Shown here piece after piece: positions 42,198-51,733 of a stretch of 64,000 nt of DNA. The translations under genes were made by a program, and so were the position numbers. The DNA comes from Spirochaetia bacterium (GTDB lineage: Bacteria > Spirochaetota > Spirochaetia > SZUA-6 > Bin103). The DNA lies in assembly GCA_965208575.1 (NCBI GenBank), contig CBDBOV010000006.1, positions 1,440,001 through 1,504,000 on the forward strand, written 5' to 3'. The stretch's first letter is position 1; each line of letters starts with the position of its first letter. Under the pieces are notes generated by a model. It saw nothing but the letters and a program-made list of their open reading frames with translations. It was not told where the DNA came from and searched no databases.

Positions 42198-43052
42198 TCA
42201 ATTCGGCAGGTCCGGGTCGAAGCCGAGGCCGCGGCGTTTCATGCTCACGAAGCCGGCGGCGGCGATCACCACGTGGTCGTGCAGGCAGATGTCCATCGTT
42301 TCGGCGCTGCGCGCGAGGCGGCGGGTGACGCGGATGTCGTCGGCACTGGGACACGGATCGCCGGAGGGATGGTTGTGCGCCACGATAATGTTGGGGCAGT
42401 TGTCCTTGATCGCCGGCCTGAGCACTTCGGCGATCCGTACCGACGCCGAGTTGACCGTGCCCTGATACACCTCGTGCACGCGCAGCAGCTCCTGCTTGGT
42501 GTTGAGCAGCAGCACGCACAGTTTCTCCTGCGCCAACGGCGCGAGATCGGCGCGCAGCAGCAGGTCGACATCTTCGGGCGTGCTCATCAGGGGCCGGTCC
42601 GCGGGTCCGAGCGAGGCTGAGCGCCGTCCCAACTCCAGCGCGGCCAGAATCTGGCATGCCTTGGTCTCGCTGATCCCGCGCAGCGAGCACAGCTCCGCCA
42701 CCGAAGCGTGCGCCAGCCCGCGCAGGCCGGCGAAATCGGCGAGCAGCCGTGCCGACAGTTGCAGCACGCTCGCGCCGGCCGACCCGGTCCGCAGCAGGAT
42801 CGCGATCAACTCGGCGTTGGACAGAATGCGCGCACCGGCTGCCAGCAGCCGTTCGCGCGGGCGTTCGGCAGGCGGCAGGTCGCGCACGTCGGCGTGGTAG
42901 TTGAACGCCGGATAGCGGATCGGCTCGTCGCGGTCTCTCGCGCGGTGCACCGGTACCGCGCCGGGCAGGGATGGCGGCGCCTGCGGTGCGATGACTGGTG
43001 CGGGGTGCGGCACGCGTATGCGTGGCAGGCCATTGCTGGTTGTGGTGTCCAT
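42198..43052 (-). CDS. radC: RadC/JAB domain protein
   Basis: ERPRERL, LSNAELIAILL, HNHPSGD..PS..D, DHVVI. Confidence 0.93.
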   Translation of the reverse strand: MDTTTSNGLPRIRVPHPAPVIAPQAPPSLPGAVPVHRARDRDEPIRYPAFNYHADVRDLPPAERPRERLLAAGARILSNAELIAILLRTGSAGASVLQLSARLLADFAGLRGLAHASVAELCSLRGISETKACQILAALELGRRSASLGPADRPLMSTPEDVDLLLRADLAPLAQEKLCVLLLNTKQELLRVHEVYQGTVNSASVRIAEVLRPAIKDNCPNIIVAHNHPSGDPCPSADDIRVTRRLARSAETMDICLHDHVVIAAAGFVSMKRRGLGFDPDLPN

Positions 43053-43265
43053 GTCACTGACAATGGCGCGCCATGGCCTGGCGCTTTGGCGCGCCGCGTC
43101 CGGACGGCGCCGGCAGGGCTTGGCGGACGCTTGCGGGCGCTCTTGCGGCGCTTGACATCGACCGGCACCCTCTTGCCACTATCGGGCCACCCCGCCCGGC
43201 TGCACCGGGGCGGCCGTGCCGCCTCCCGGTTGCCGGCAAGCCGGCAAGGAGACCAAAGCGCCGCA

Positions 43266-44321
43266 ATGGAAGCATGGCTGACCGGACTGGCTCAGCAACT
43301 ACCGCTCGCCGCCCTGTTTGCGATCATCGCGGGATCGATCCTGGTGCTGGTCAAGGGTGCGGACCTGCTGGTCGACCAGGCAGTGGCGCTGTCGCTGCGC
43401 TGGGGAGTGCCCACCATGCTGATCGGCGCCACCATCGTCAGCATCGGCACCACCCTGCCGGAGGCCTCGGTCAGCGTGTTCGCGGCGCTGCAGGGTGCCC
43501 CCGGCCTGGCGCTCGGCAACGCGGTCGGCTCGATTATCGCCGATACCGGGCTGATCCTCGGTCTGGCGATCCTGATCGGGCGGGTGCCGGTCGACCGGCG
43601 GCTGGTGAGCCGGCAGAGCTGGATCCAGGTGGCGAGCGCGCTGCTGCTGGTGGCGGCGTGCGTACCCTACCTTGCGCTGCGCGGCACCTTCAGCGCCGGC
43701 GGACGGCTGCCGCAACTGGCCGGGGTCGCCTTCCTGGTGCTGCTTGTGCTCTACCTGTGGCGCTCCATCGCCTGGTCCAAGGACGCACCGGCGCCCGGCG
43801 CGGAGGAGGCCGAGGCGCACGCCGGCGCCGCCGACCAGGGCACGCTGCCGGCGCTGCTGAAGCTGGCGGCGGGCCTGGCGATGGTAGTGGTCGGGTCACG
43901 CCTGCTGATTCCGGCCGTGGAGGAGACCGCGCTGCGGCTGCACATACCGGACGCCATCATCGCCGCCACGCTGGTCGCATTCGGCACCTCGCTGCCGGAG
44001 CTGGTCACCTCGGTCACGGCGGTGCGCAAGGGGCACGGCGCCCTGGCGATCGGCAACGTGCTCGGCGCCGACGTGCTGAACGTACTGTTCGTGAGCGGCG
44101 CCGCCGCCGCCGCGACGCGCGGCGGGCTGGCGGTGCCGCCGCAGTTCTTCTTCCTGTTCTTCCCGTCGATGCTGTTCGTGGTGCTGGTGCTGCGCGTCGG
44201 CGTGAGCCGCGCCGAGGGCGAGTTCAGCAAGGGCTTCGGCTTCGTGCTGCTGGCCGCCTACCTGGTCACCGTGGTGCTCGGCTACGTGGTCCCCGGCTCC
44301 CCCGGCGACCCGCACGGCTGA
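43266..44321 (+). CDS. Calcium/sodium antiporter (CaCA family)
   Basis: Two alpha repeats, GTTLPE and GTSLPE; GNAVGS and GNVLGA. Confidence 0.92.
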   Translation: MEAWLTGLAQQLPLAALFAIIAGSILVLVKGADLLVDQAVALSLRWGVPTMLIGATIVSIGTTLPEASVSVFAALQGAPGLALGNAVGSIIADTGLILGLAILIGRVPVDRRLVSRQSWIQVASALLLVAACVPYLALRGTFSAGGRLPQLAGVAFLVLLVLYLWRSIAWSKDAPAPGAEEAEAHAGAADQGTLPALLKLAAGLAMVVVGSRLLIPAVEETALRLHIPDAIIAATLVAFGTSLPELVTSVTAVRKGHGALAIGNVLGADVLNVLFVSGAAAAATRGGLAVPPQFFFLFFPSMLFVVLVLRVGVSRAEGEFSKGFGFVLLAAYLVTVVLGYVVPGSPGDPHG

Positions 44322-44430
44322 TCAGCGCGCCGGAGCATGACCGGTGCCGCGCCGGGACGAGGCGGCACGATGCACGCACGTGCACGGCGCGGCCGGGAGG
44401 GATAACGTCCGGCTTCCCCGAACGAGGCAA

Positions 44431-44537
44431 TTGCAGGTGTGACGGTCTTGTATTAAGTTTCCCGGAAGTTACCCGCCGGCAGCGTGCTGTCGGCTCAGGG
44501 GCTGCTCTTCGGAGCGGCCCTTGCTATTTCCGGGAAC
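44431..44537 (+). promoter_or_regulatory. Putative sigma70 promoter and structured leader upstream of pheS
   Basis: TTGCAG-N17-TAAGTT (44431-44459). Hairpins at 44475-44494 and 44498-44521 (cUUCGg loop), enclosed by 44459-44468 pairing with 44527-44536. Confidence 0.5.
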
Positions 44538-44556
44538 ATCGTTGCGAACCGCTGTC

Positions 44557-46098
44557 ATGAACGCCGTAGAACAGTTACATCCGCTGGAAATCCGTACCCT
44601 GCGCGCGGTCGCCGGGGATGCGCCGTTCACGGCCGCCGACGTGATGGCGGCGGCCGGGATGAACCTGGGACAGTGCAACCAGGCGTTCAGTTGGCTGGTG
44701 GACAAGGGGCTGATCGAAGAGCGGGAGCGGGTTCGTGAGGTGCGTTACGAGCTGACCGACCTGGGCGAGCAGTACCGCCGCGACGGGCTGCCGGAGGAGC
44801 GCATGGTGGCCCTGCTGCGCGACGCGGGACCGTTGCCAATGCCGGAAATTGCCGCCCGGCTGGGGCTGGAGCAGCGCGACGTGGGTTCCGCTTACGGCGC
44901 CCTGGCGCGGGAAGGCGTGCTGGCGATGGACGGCGGCCGGCAGGTGAGCGCGGCCGGCGGCGACAGCGCGCGCGTGGCCACGGTGCGCGGCCTGCTGGAC
45001 CGGCTGGCCGGCGCCGGCCCGGAGGCGGCGGAGGCGCTGACCGGCGCGGAGCGCGAGCAGGCGGCGGCGCTGAGCCGCAAGCGGGGTGCGGCGCGCGGCG
45101 TGTTTCGCGCCACCGAGAACGAGACGGTGAGCTACGCGCTTACCCCGGCTGGAGAAGAGATGCGGCGCGCGGCGGCGGAAGCCGGCCTCAGCGGCGTGGA
45201 GGCGGGGGCGCTGACGCAGGAGATGCTGGCCGACGGCTCCTGGCGCCGGGTGCAGTTCCGCCGCTACAATGTCAACTCGCCGCCGGGACGGGTGCTGCTC
45301 GGGCGCCGCAACCCGTACACCGCCTACCTGGACCGGGTGCGCGACCAGCTCACCGCGCTCGGCTTCGAGGAGTTCGACGGGCCGCTGGTGGAGACCAACT
45401 TCTGGTGCTGCGACGCGTTGTTCATGCCGCAGTTCCACGCCGCCCGCGACGAGCACGACGTGTACTTCATCAAGGAGCCGCGCCACGCCAGTCACCTGCC
45501 GGAACCCTACCTGCAGCGGGTCGCGGCCACCCACGCCGACGGCTGGCAGACCGGCAGCCGCGGCTGGGGCTACCGCTTCGACCCCGACTTCGCGCGCCGC
45601 ACCATCCTGCGCAGCCACGGTACCGTGGTGTCCGCCAAGACCCTTACCCGCGCCAAGGTGCCGGGCAAGTACTTCGGCATCATGCGCTGCTTCCGGCCCG
45701 ACGACGTGGACGCCTCGCACCTGGCCGACTTCTACCAGACCGAGGGCATCGTGCTCGGCGAGCACGTCAACCTGAAGACCCTGCTCGGGCTGCTCAAGCT
45801 GTTCGCCGAGGAGGTGGCCGGCGCGGCCAGTGCCGACGTGCGCTACGAGCCCGCCTACTTCCCGTTCACGGAACCGTCGGTGGAGGTGTTCATCCGCCAT
45901 CCCACGGTGGGCTGGATCGAGCTCGGCGGGTCGGGGATCTTCCGGCCCGAGGTGACCCGCCCGCTCGGCGTCGACGTGCCGGTGCTGGCGTGGGGCCTGG
46001 GCATCGACCGCATGGCGATGATGTCGCTCGGCATCGACGACATCCGCGACCTGTTCTCGCCCGACCTGGACCAGGTGCGGCGCCGCGTGGCGCATTGA
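44557..46098 (+). CDS. pheS: Phenylalanyl-tRNA synthetase alpha subunit, archaeal/eukaryotic type
   Basis: Long N-terminal extension; DALFMPQFHAARD, YFPFTEPS, GSGIFRPE, WGLGIDR. Confidence 0.95.
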   Translation: MNAVEQLHPLEIRTLRAVAGDAPFTAADVMAAAGMNLGQCNQAFSWLVDKGLIEERERVREVRYELTDLGEQYRRDGLPEERMVALLRDAGPLPMPEIAARLGLEQRDVGSAYGALAREGVLAMDGGRQVSAAGGDSARVATVRGLLDRLAGAGPEAAEALTGAEREQAAALSRKRGAARGVFRATENETVSYALTPAGEEMRRAAAEAGLSGVEAGALTQEMLADGSWRRVQFRRYNVNSPPGRVLLGRRNPYTAYLDRVRDQLTALGFEEFDGPLVETNFWCCDALFMPQFHAARDEHDVYFIKEPRHASHLPEPYLQRVAATHADGWQTGSRGWGYRFDPDFARRTILRSHGTVVSAKTLTRAKVPGKYFGIMRCFRPDDVDASHLADFYQTEGIVLGEHVNLKTLLGLLKLFAEEVAGAASADVRYEPAYFPFTEPSVEVFIRHPTVGWIELGGSGIFRPEVTRPLGVDVPVLAWGLGIDRMAMMSLGIDDIRDLFSPDLDQVRRRVAH

Positions 46099-46119
46099 GC
46101 GGGGGCGAGCGAGAGACCC

Positions 46120-46350
46120 ATGCCGACCGTTGACGTCCGTGAGGAATTGCTCGCCGAGTTGTTGAGCGCCGCGGTGCCGGGTGGCGCACCGAGCGGGGGG
46201 ATCCATGCCGACCATTGACGTACGCGACGAACTGCTCGCCGAGCTGTTGGGCACCGCGGTGCCGGGTGGCGCACGGAGCGAGGGGATCGATGCCGACCAT
46301 TGACGTTCGCGACGAGTTGCTCGCCGAGTTGTTGGGCGCCGCGGTGCCGG
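46120..46350 (+). repeat. Three imperfect tandem copies (85-bp period) of the pheT start region
   Basis: ATGCCGACC(G/A)TTGACGT... at 46120, 46205 and 46290. Confidence 0.95.
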
Positions 46351-48044
46351 CGGACGACGAGTTGGAGCGCCTGCTGTCTACGGCAAAGGCGGAGGTGGAG
46401 GGCTACGATCCGGCTACCGGCGTGCGCCGGGTCGAACTCAAGGACACCAGCCGCCCCGACCTGTGGACCACCCCCGGGCTGGCCCGCCACCTGCGCTGCT
46501 ACCGCGGCGGCGCGCTGCCCGACTACCCGTTCGTATCCACCGGCGCGGCGCCGCCCGCCACCGGCGAACGGGTGGTGGAAGTGGACCCGGCGCTGGCGAA
46601 GATCCGGCCCTGCATCGCCGCGTTCACGGCCGCCGGGCCGCCGGTCAGCGAGGCGCTGCTGCTGGAGTTGATCCAGTCGCAGGAGAAGCTGTCCGACAGC
46701 TACGGCCAGCGCCGCCGCGCCATCGCCATGGGCCTGTACCGCGCCGGCGCCATCGAGTGGCCGGTGCGCTACCGCGCCGCGCCGCCGGACACCACCCGCT
46801 TCGTGCCGCTCGGCTTGGAGCGCGAGTTGTCGCTGACCGAGATACTCGACCAGCACCCCAAGGGCAAGGAATACGGCCACATCGTGCGCGGGCAGCCGGC
46901 GTTCCCTTACCTGGAGGACGCCGCCGGCGCCACGCTGTCGTTCCCGCCGGTAATCAACAGCGCCGGCCTCGGCAGCGTGGTGGTGGGCGACGACCACTTT
47001 TTCGTCGAACTCACCGGCCCGCACCTGGACACCCTGCTCCTGGTGGCCTCGATCGCCGCCTGCGACCTGGCCGACGCCGGCTACACCATCGAGCCGGTGC
47101 TGGTCCGCTACCCCTACGACACCGCCCACGGCCGCGACGTGGTGACGCCGCGCTACTTCCAGGCCGAAACCCGCATCGAGCTGGCGGCCGCCGAACGCCT
47201 GCTCGGCGAGACGATCGCCCCCGAGGAGGGACGCCGCCTGGTGCAGCGCATGGGCAGCCGCGCGCGCGTTGAAGGATCCTCCGTGGTGGTGACCCCGCCG
47301 CCGTACCGCAACGACTTCATGCACCCCGTCGACGTGGTGGAGGAGATCGCGATCGGGCGCGGGCTCGGCACCTTCGAGCCGGAGTTGCCGGACGAGTTCA
47401 CGCCCGGCCACCTGACCGAGCAGACCCGCTTCGGGCGTGCCGCACGCGACGTGCTGGTGGGGCTTGGCTACCAGGAGATGATCTTCAACTACCTGGGCGC
47501 GCGCCGCGACTACACCGAGCGCATGAACGCGCCGGACCGGGTGCTGGTGGAGGTGGCCAACCCGATGACCGAGAACTACGCCGTGGTGCGCGACTCGATC
47601 ATCCCCTGCCTGCTGGCGGCCGAGATGAGCTCCCAGAACGCCGCCTACCCGCACCACATGTTCGAGGTCGGCAAGGTGGCGCTGCCCGACGCCGCCGACC
47701 CCACCGGCTCGCGCACCGTCGACGCCTGCACGCTGCTGGTGGCCGACCGCGCCGCCGGCTTCAACGACGTCAGCGCCCACCTCGCCGCGCTGCTGTTCTA
47801 CCTCGGCGCCGAGCACCGCCTCATCGAGTTGGACGACCCCCGCTTCATCCCGGGCCGCGCCGCCCGCGTCGAGGCCGCCGCCCCTGCCGCCCCCGCCGCG
47901 GAACGCGGCCAGCGCACCTGGACCCCCATCGGCGTGCTCGGCGAACTGCACCCCGCCGTGCTGGAGCACTGGTCGATCGGCATGCCCTGCGCCGCCGTCG
48001 AACTCCACCTCGACCCCCTCCGCACCACCCTGCACCGCGTCTGA
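46290..48044 (+). CDS. pheT: Phenylalanyl-tRNA synthetase beta subunit, archaeal/eukaryotic type
   Basis: RPDLW, LSFPPVINS, PPYRNDFMHPVDVVEEIAIG, GELHP. The third repeat ATG is in frame. Confidence 0.93.
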   Translation: MPTIDVRDELLAELLGAAVPADDELERLLSTAKAEVEGYDPATGVRRVELKDTSRPDLWTTPGLARHLRCYRGGALPDYPFVSTGAAPPATGERVVEVDPALAKIRPCIAAFTAAGPPVSEALLLELIQSQEKLSDSYGQRRRAIAMGLYRAGAIEWPVRYRAAPPDTTRFVPLGLERELSLTEILDQHPKGKEYGHIVRGQPAFPYLEDAAGATLSFPPVINSAGLGSVVVGDDHFFVELTGPHLDTLLLVASIAACDLADAGYTIEPVLVRYPYDTAHGRDVVTPRYFQAETRIELAAAERLLGETIAPEEGRRLVQRMGSRARVEGSSVVVTPPPYRNDFMHPVDVVEEIAIGRGLGTFEPELPDEFTPGHLTEQTRFGRAARDVLVGLGYQEMIFNYLGARRDYTERMNAPDRVLVEVANPMTENYAVVRDSIIPCLLAAEMSSQNAAYPHHMFEVGKVALPDAADPTGSRTVDACTLLVADRAAGFNDVSAHLAALLFYLGAEHRLIELDDPRFIPGRAARVEAAAPAAPAAERGQRTWTPIGVLGELHPAVLEHWSIGMPCAAVELHLDPLRTTLHRV

Positions 48045-48094
48045 GCCTGGACAGGCGCCGGAGGGCTCGCTGGGGCTCGCTACCGCGGGTCCCC

Positions 48095-48122
48095 TTGAAC
48101 GAGATATATCTCATGATATACT
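48095..48122 (+). promoter_or_regulatory. vapBC promoter with palindromic operator
   Basis: TTGAAC-N16-TATACT with extended -10 TG; perfect palindrome GAGATATATCTC (48101-48112) in the spacer. Confidence 0.75.
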
Positions 48123-48140
48123 ACTCTGAGAGAGGACTCC

Positions 48141-48383
48141 ATGGGGAAGACGGCCAGCTATCGAGGTGTCGCCAAAGTGTTCTGGAGCGGGAGAAGTCAG
48201 GCGGTCCGGCTGCCGGCGGCGTGCCGGTTCGAGACCTCCGAGGTCGAGGTGATCAAGGAGGGGGACCAGGTGACTCTGCGTCCGCGCGGGAAAAACTGGC
48301 GCGCCTACTTCGACCGGGACACGCGGGGATCACTGCCGGCGAGGCAGCAGCCGGCGCTTGAAGAGCGGGACCAGATTCGTTGA
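48141..48383 (+). CDS. vapB: VapB antitoxin (AbrB/SpoVT fold)
   Basis: AKVFWSGRSQAVRLP. Confidence 0.92.
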   Translation: MGKTASYRGVAKVFWSGRSQAVRLPAACRFETSEVEVIKEGDQVTLRPRGKNWRAYFDRDTRGSLPARQQPALEERDQIR

Positions 48384-48775
48384 GGTACATGCTCGATACG
48401 AACATCTGCATCTACGTCATCAACGAGCGTGATCACGGTGTCCTGGAAAGGTTCGAAGAACACTCCGCCCGGATATGCATCTCGTCAATCACGTACGCGG
48501 AGTTGTGCTACGGGGTCGTGAATTCGGCTCACATCGAGCGCAACACGCGGGAACTGGACGCGTTTCGGCTCGACCTCGAGATCCTGCCGTTCGGGGAGGA
48601 GGCGGGGATGCACTACGCGGAAATCCGGCGTGCCTTACGGCAGCGCGGCACCCCGATCGGCGCCAATGACCTCCTCCTGGCAGCCCATGCACGCAGCCTG
48701 GGTGCTACCCTGGTCACCAACAACCGCAACGAGTTCGACCGGGTGCCGGAACTGAACGTGGCGAACTGGGTATGA
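48380..48775 (+). CDS. vapC: VapC PIN-domain toxin
   Basis: YMLDTNICIY, IGANDLLLAAHA, VTNNRNEF. Confidence 0.95.
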   Translation: MRYMLDTNICIYVINERDHGVLERFEEHSARICISSITYAELCYGVVNSAHIERNTRELDAFRLDLEILPFGEEAGMHYAEIRRALRQRGTPIGANDLLLAAHARSLGATLVTNNRNEFDRVPELNVANWV

Positions 48776-48827
48776 AGATCATGCCTGGACGGCGCGCTCG
48801 CCCGTTGCCGAATGCTTTGGAGACGTC

Positions 48828-50309
48828 ATGCTGACCCGCATCGAAGTAGATGGCTTCAAGAACCTGGTCGATTTCGCGCTGGACTTTGGCCCCTACACCT
48901 GCGTCGCGGGGGTAAACGGCGTGGGCAAGTCGAACATCTTCGACGCGATTCGGTTTCTATCGCTCTTGACCGACCATACGATCAATCAAGCCGCCCTCCA
49001 GATTCGTAGTCCCGAGCAGGGCACCGGCGAGATCGGAGATCTGTTCTTCTTCGCAAATGGCGAGAGCCGGCGGAGAATCGCCATGGCGGCAGAGATGATC
49101 GTCGACAGGCCTGTCGTTGATGACTTCGGACGGCCGGGAGACGCGTCATCGACCTTCCTGCGCTACGAGGTTGCCTTTCGTCACGAGCCACCTTCTCGCT
49201 CGGCCGGACCACTTGGCGGTCTCGTCTTGGAACGCGAGGAGTTGCGGCATATACCATCGGGAGAGGCTGCGGAGAGGCTGCGATTCTCACACAACAAGCG
49301 ACAGTTTCGAAACAGCGTGATCTACAACAAACGGCGCGGGTCCGGGTTTATCTCTACCCGGCCGGACAGGACCATCGTGATTCACCAGGATGGCGGCTCG
49401 TCTGGACAGGCACGTCCGGCTGCACCCGCCGAGCGCGCTCCGCGCACCATAGTGGGGACCGAGAACACCGCGGCGACGCCCACGATCCTGGCCGCGCGAC
49501 GAGAGATGCAGCGCTGGCGTATCCTGGCGCTGGAGCCGTCGGCGATGCGACGGCCGGACAGATTCACGGACGAACCGGGCATCACGGCAGACGGTGGTCA
49601 CATACCGGTTACGCTGCATCATCTGGATACGCAGGCATCCGCCTCGGATGGTGCCGATGAGGGCGACGAGGACATCATGAGCAGGATTGCGAGCCGGCTG
49701 TCGAGCCTTGTACCGGTGCAGGCGGTTCGCGCGGTAAGCGACGATGTGCGGCAGCTCTACGCGCTGGAGCTGGAAGAGCGTACCGGTGTGCGGTTACGGG
49801 CCAATTCGATTTCCGACGGCACGCTGAGGTTCCTGGCGCTGACGGCGATTGCCGAGGCGACCGACGCTACCGGCGTTTACTGCATGGAAGAGCCGGAGAA
49901 CGGTATCCACCCCGAAAAGCTCGCGGCCATGAACCAGTTGCTGCACGACATCGCCGTCGATCTCGATGAGCGTGTCGATTCCGACAACCCGCTTCGCCAA
50001 GTGATCGTCGCTACCCACTCGCCGTACTTCGTGCAACTCCAGAGCCCGGAGGAGTTGGTGATCGCCAAGAACCCCGCCGTGAGAGCGTCGGCAGGGAAAG
50101 CGATATGGCCACTGAGGTGCTATCCGCTTGCCGGAACGTGGCGAGTTCCGAAGCAGCAAGAGGATACGCCTGTCGAGTTGGGGTTGGGCAAGTTGGAGCT
50201 GCAGTCCTATCTGCTACCGCCGGAGGATGCCCAACTCAGATTCCCGGACGAATTCTGGCCGGAACAGCGTCAGGAAAACGGTGACAGTTCGGTTCTTGCT
50301 GATCTGTGA
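48828..50309 (+). CDS. ABC-type AAA ATPase (AAA_21)
   Basis: GVNGVGKSN, ISDGTLR, MEEPENGIHP, ATHSP. Confidence 0.88.
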   Translation: MLTRIEVDGFKNLVDFALDFGPYTCVAGVNGVGKSNIFDAIRFLSLLTDHTINQAALQIRSPEQGTGEIGDLFFFANGESRRRIAMAAEMIVDRPVVDDFGRPGDASSTFLRYEVAFRHEPPSRSAGPLGGLVLEREELRHIPSGEAAERLRFSHNKRQFRNSVIYNKRRGSGFISTRPDRTIVIHQDGGSSGQARPAAPAERAPRTIVGTENTAATPTILAARREMQRWRILALEPSAMRRPDRFTDEPGITADGGHIPVTLHHLDTQASASDGADEGDEDIMSRIASRLSSLVPVQAVRAVSDDVRQLYALELEERTGVRLRANSISDGTLRFLALTAIAEATDATGVYCMEEPENGIHPEKLAAMNQLLHDIAVDLDERVDSDNPLRQVIVATHSPYFVQLQSPEELVIAKNPAVRASAGKAIWPLRCYPLAGTWRVPKQQEDTPVELGLGKLELQSYLLPPEDAQLRFPDEFWPEQRQENGDSSVLADL

Positions 50310-50901
50310 GGGTTCGTCAGACGCAGCGCTCATCTTTCACATCCAGAGGCTGCTCATTCATTGCGGTGCCTCGGAGGCGGATGGGACCGCGTCATTTCGT
50401 GGTCGTTCCATCGGTGAGAAGATTCGGCTGGGGCTCCGGCAGTATGGCGCGGCGGATCTGCTGTTCATCCACCGTGACGCCGACAACGCGGGCGCGGATG
50501 CACGGTATACCGAGATCGAGAGAGGCGTATCCGACGCCGGCTATTTCGGAGACTGGGTCGGGATCGTTCCAGTGCGAATGATGGAGGCATGGCTCCTGGT
50601 TGACGAACCGGCTATCCGAAGAGTGGCCGGGCGCCCACGCGGCAGCGAACCGCTTGACCTGCCATCACCTGCCGATCTGGAGGGTCTTGCAGATCCGAAG
50701 CAGAGGTTGCGGGAGGTGCTGCTGAGCGCGGGAGGGCCGCGGGGCGTTCGGCGCAGAAAGAGATTTGTCGCAGGGTTCGGCGGGCTCCGCCGGCAGCTCA
50801 CGGAGAATCTGCCGCTGGGCGGGCCCTTGGAGCAGGTGCCCGCATGGGTGCGATTCCGCGACGATGTTTTCGGGGTGGTGAGAACCCGACTGGGCGGTTG
50901 A
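50281..50901 (+). CDS. DUF4276-like/TOPRIM-like partner protein
   Basis: LICEGSSD, FIHRDAD, VPVRMMEAWLL; overlaps the ATPase 3' end. Confidence 0.7.
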   Translation: MTVRFLLICEGSSDAALIFHIQRLLIHCGASEADGTASFRGRSIGEKIRLGLRQYGAADLLFIHRDADNAGADARYTEIERGVSDAGYFGDWVGIVPVRMMEAWLLVDEPAIRRVAGRPRGSEPLDLPSPADLEGLADPKQRLREVLLSAGGPRGVRRRKRFVAGFGGLRRQLTENLPLGGPLEQVPAWVRFRDDVFGVVRTRLGG

Positions 50902-50976
50902 TGCTGCCGGCGTCGGAGCGGGGGTGCGGAGCGTCGTCTCCGTTGGCGGCGGTGGGCGGAGCGCGTATGATGGGCC

Positions 50977-51426
50977 ATGGCAGAGAGAAGCGGCGACTGG
51001 TTCCGGCAGGCGCGGCGCGATCTCGACAGTGCCCGAGCACAGCGGGCGGCGGAGTTCTTCGAATGGGCGTGTTTCATTTCCCAGCAGGCGAGCGAGAAGG
51101 CGCTGAAGGCGGCGTTGCAGAAGCTCGGCGGCGAGGCCTGGGGCCACTCGATTGCCGACCTGCTCAGAACGCTGAAGGAACGGGTGGAAGTGCCCGCCCA
51201 CCTGCACGGATCGGGCATCAACCTGGACCGTTTCTATATCCCCTCCCGCTATCCCAACGGCTGGGCGGCCGGCAGTCCAGCCGACTACTTCACCGATGAG
51301 GACGCGGGTGCCGCGATCGGTCATTCAGAGGCAATCCTTCGGTTCTGTGAAGGTGTTCTGGCTGGACCGCGACCTGCTGAAGAGCCGGATCAGGAGGGCG
51401 GCGAGGAACCTGACCCGCGACCATGA
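50977..51426 (+). CDS. HEPN domain protein
   Basis: WFRQARRDL, ACFISQQASEKALKA, WGHS, YIPSRYP. Confidence 0.9.
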   Translation: MAERSGDWFRQARRDLDSARAQRAAEFFEWACFISQQASEKALKAALQKLGGEAWGHSIADLLRTLKERVEVPAHLHGSGINLDRFYIPSRYPNGWAAGSPADYFTDEDAGAAIGHSEAILRFCEGVLAGPRPAEEPDQEGGEEPDPRP

Positions 51427-51733
51427 GGAGGTAGTCCGGGTGATCCTGTTCGGTTCGGTGGCTTCCGATCGTGCGCTTCCCTCCAGCGATGCGGACATCC
51501 TGGTCGTGGTGCGGGACACCGACCTGCCGTTCATCGACCGCGCCGGCCGGTACCGCGACTGCTTTTCCCGAATCGGTGTCGGGGTCGACCTGTTTGTGTA
51601 TACCGAGCAGGAGTTAGCCGCTGGAACGATTCCCTTGGCCGCCACGGCGCTGAGAACAGGGATCGAACTCCATCCGGCTGACAAATCAAGACCGACTGAC
51701 GCAGCGTGCCGGCGCGAATGGAAGCGACGCTAA
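51296..51733 (+). CDS. Minimal nucleotidyltransferase (MNT)
   Basis: LFGSVA...SDADILVV, VDLFVYT; start uncertain. Confidence 0.88.
   Translation: MRTRVPRSVIQRQSFGSVKVFWLDRDLLKSRIRRAARNLTRDHEEVVRVILFGSVASDRALPSSDADILVVVRDTDLPFIDRAGRYRDCFSRIGVGVDLFVYTEQELAAGTIPLAATALRTGIELHPADKSRPTDAACRREWKRR

Noticed and set aside
44330-44556. T-box riboswitch or pheM-like attenuator peptide
   Set aside because: No T-box consensus and no Phe-rich short ORF found.
46120-46350. pheT repeats as a CRISPR array
   Set aside because: No unique spacers, the units are coding-derived and imperfect, and no cas genes are present.
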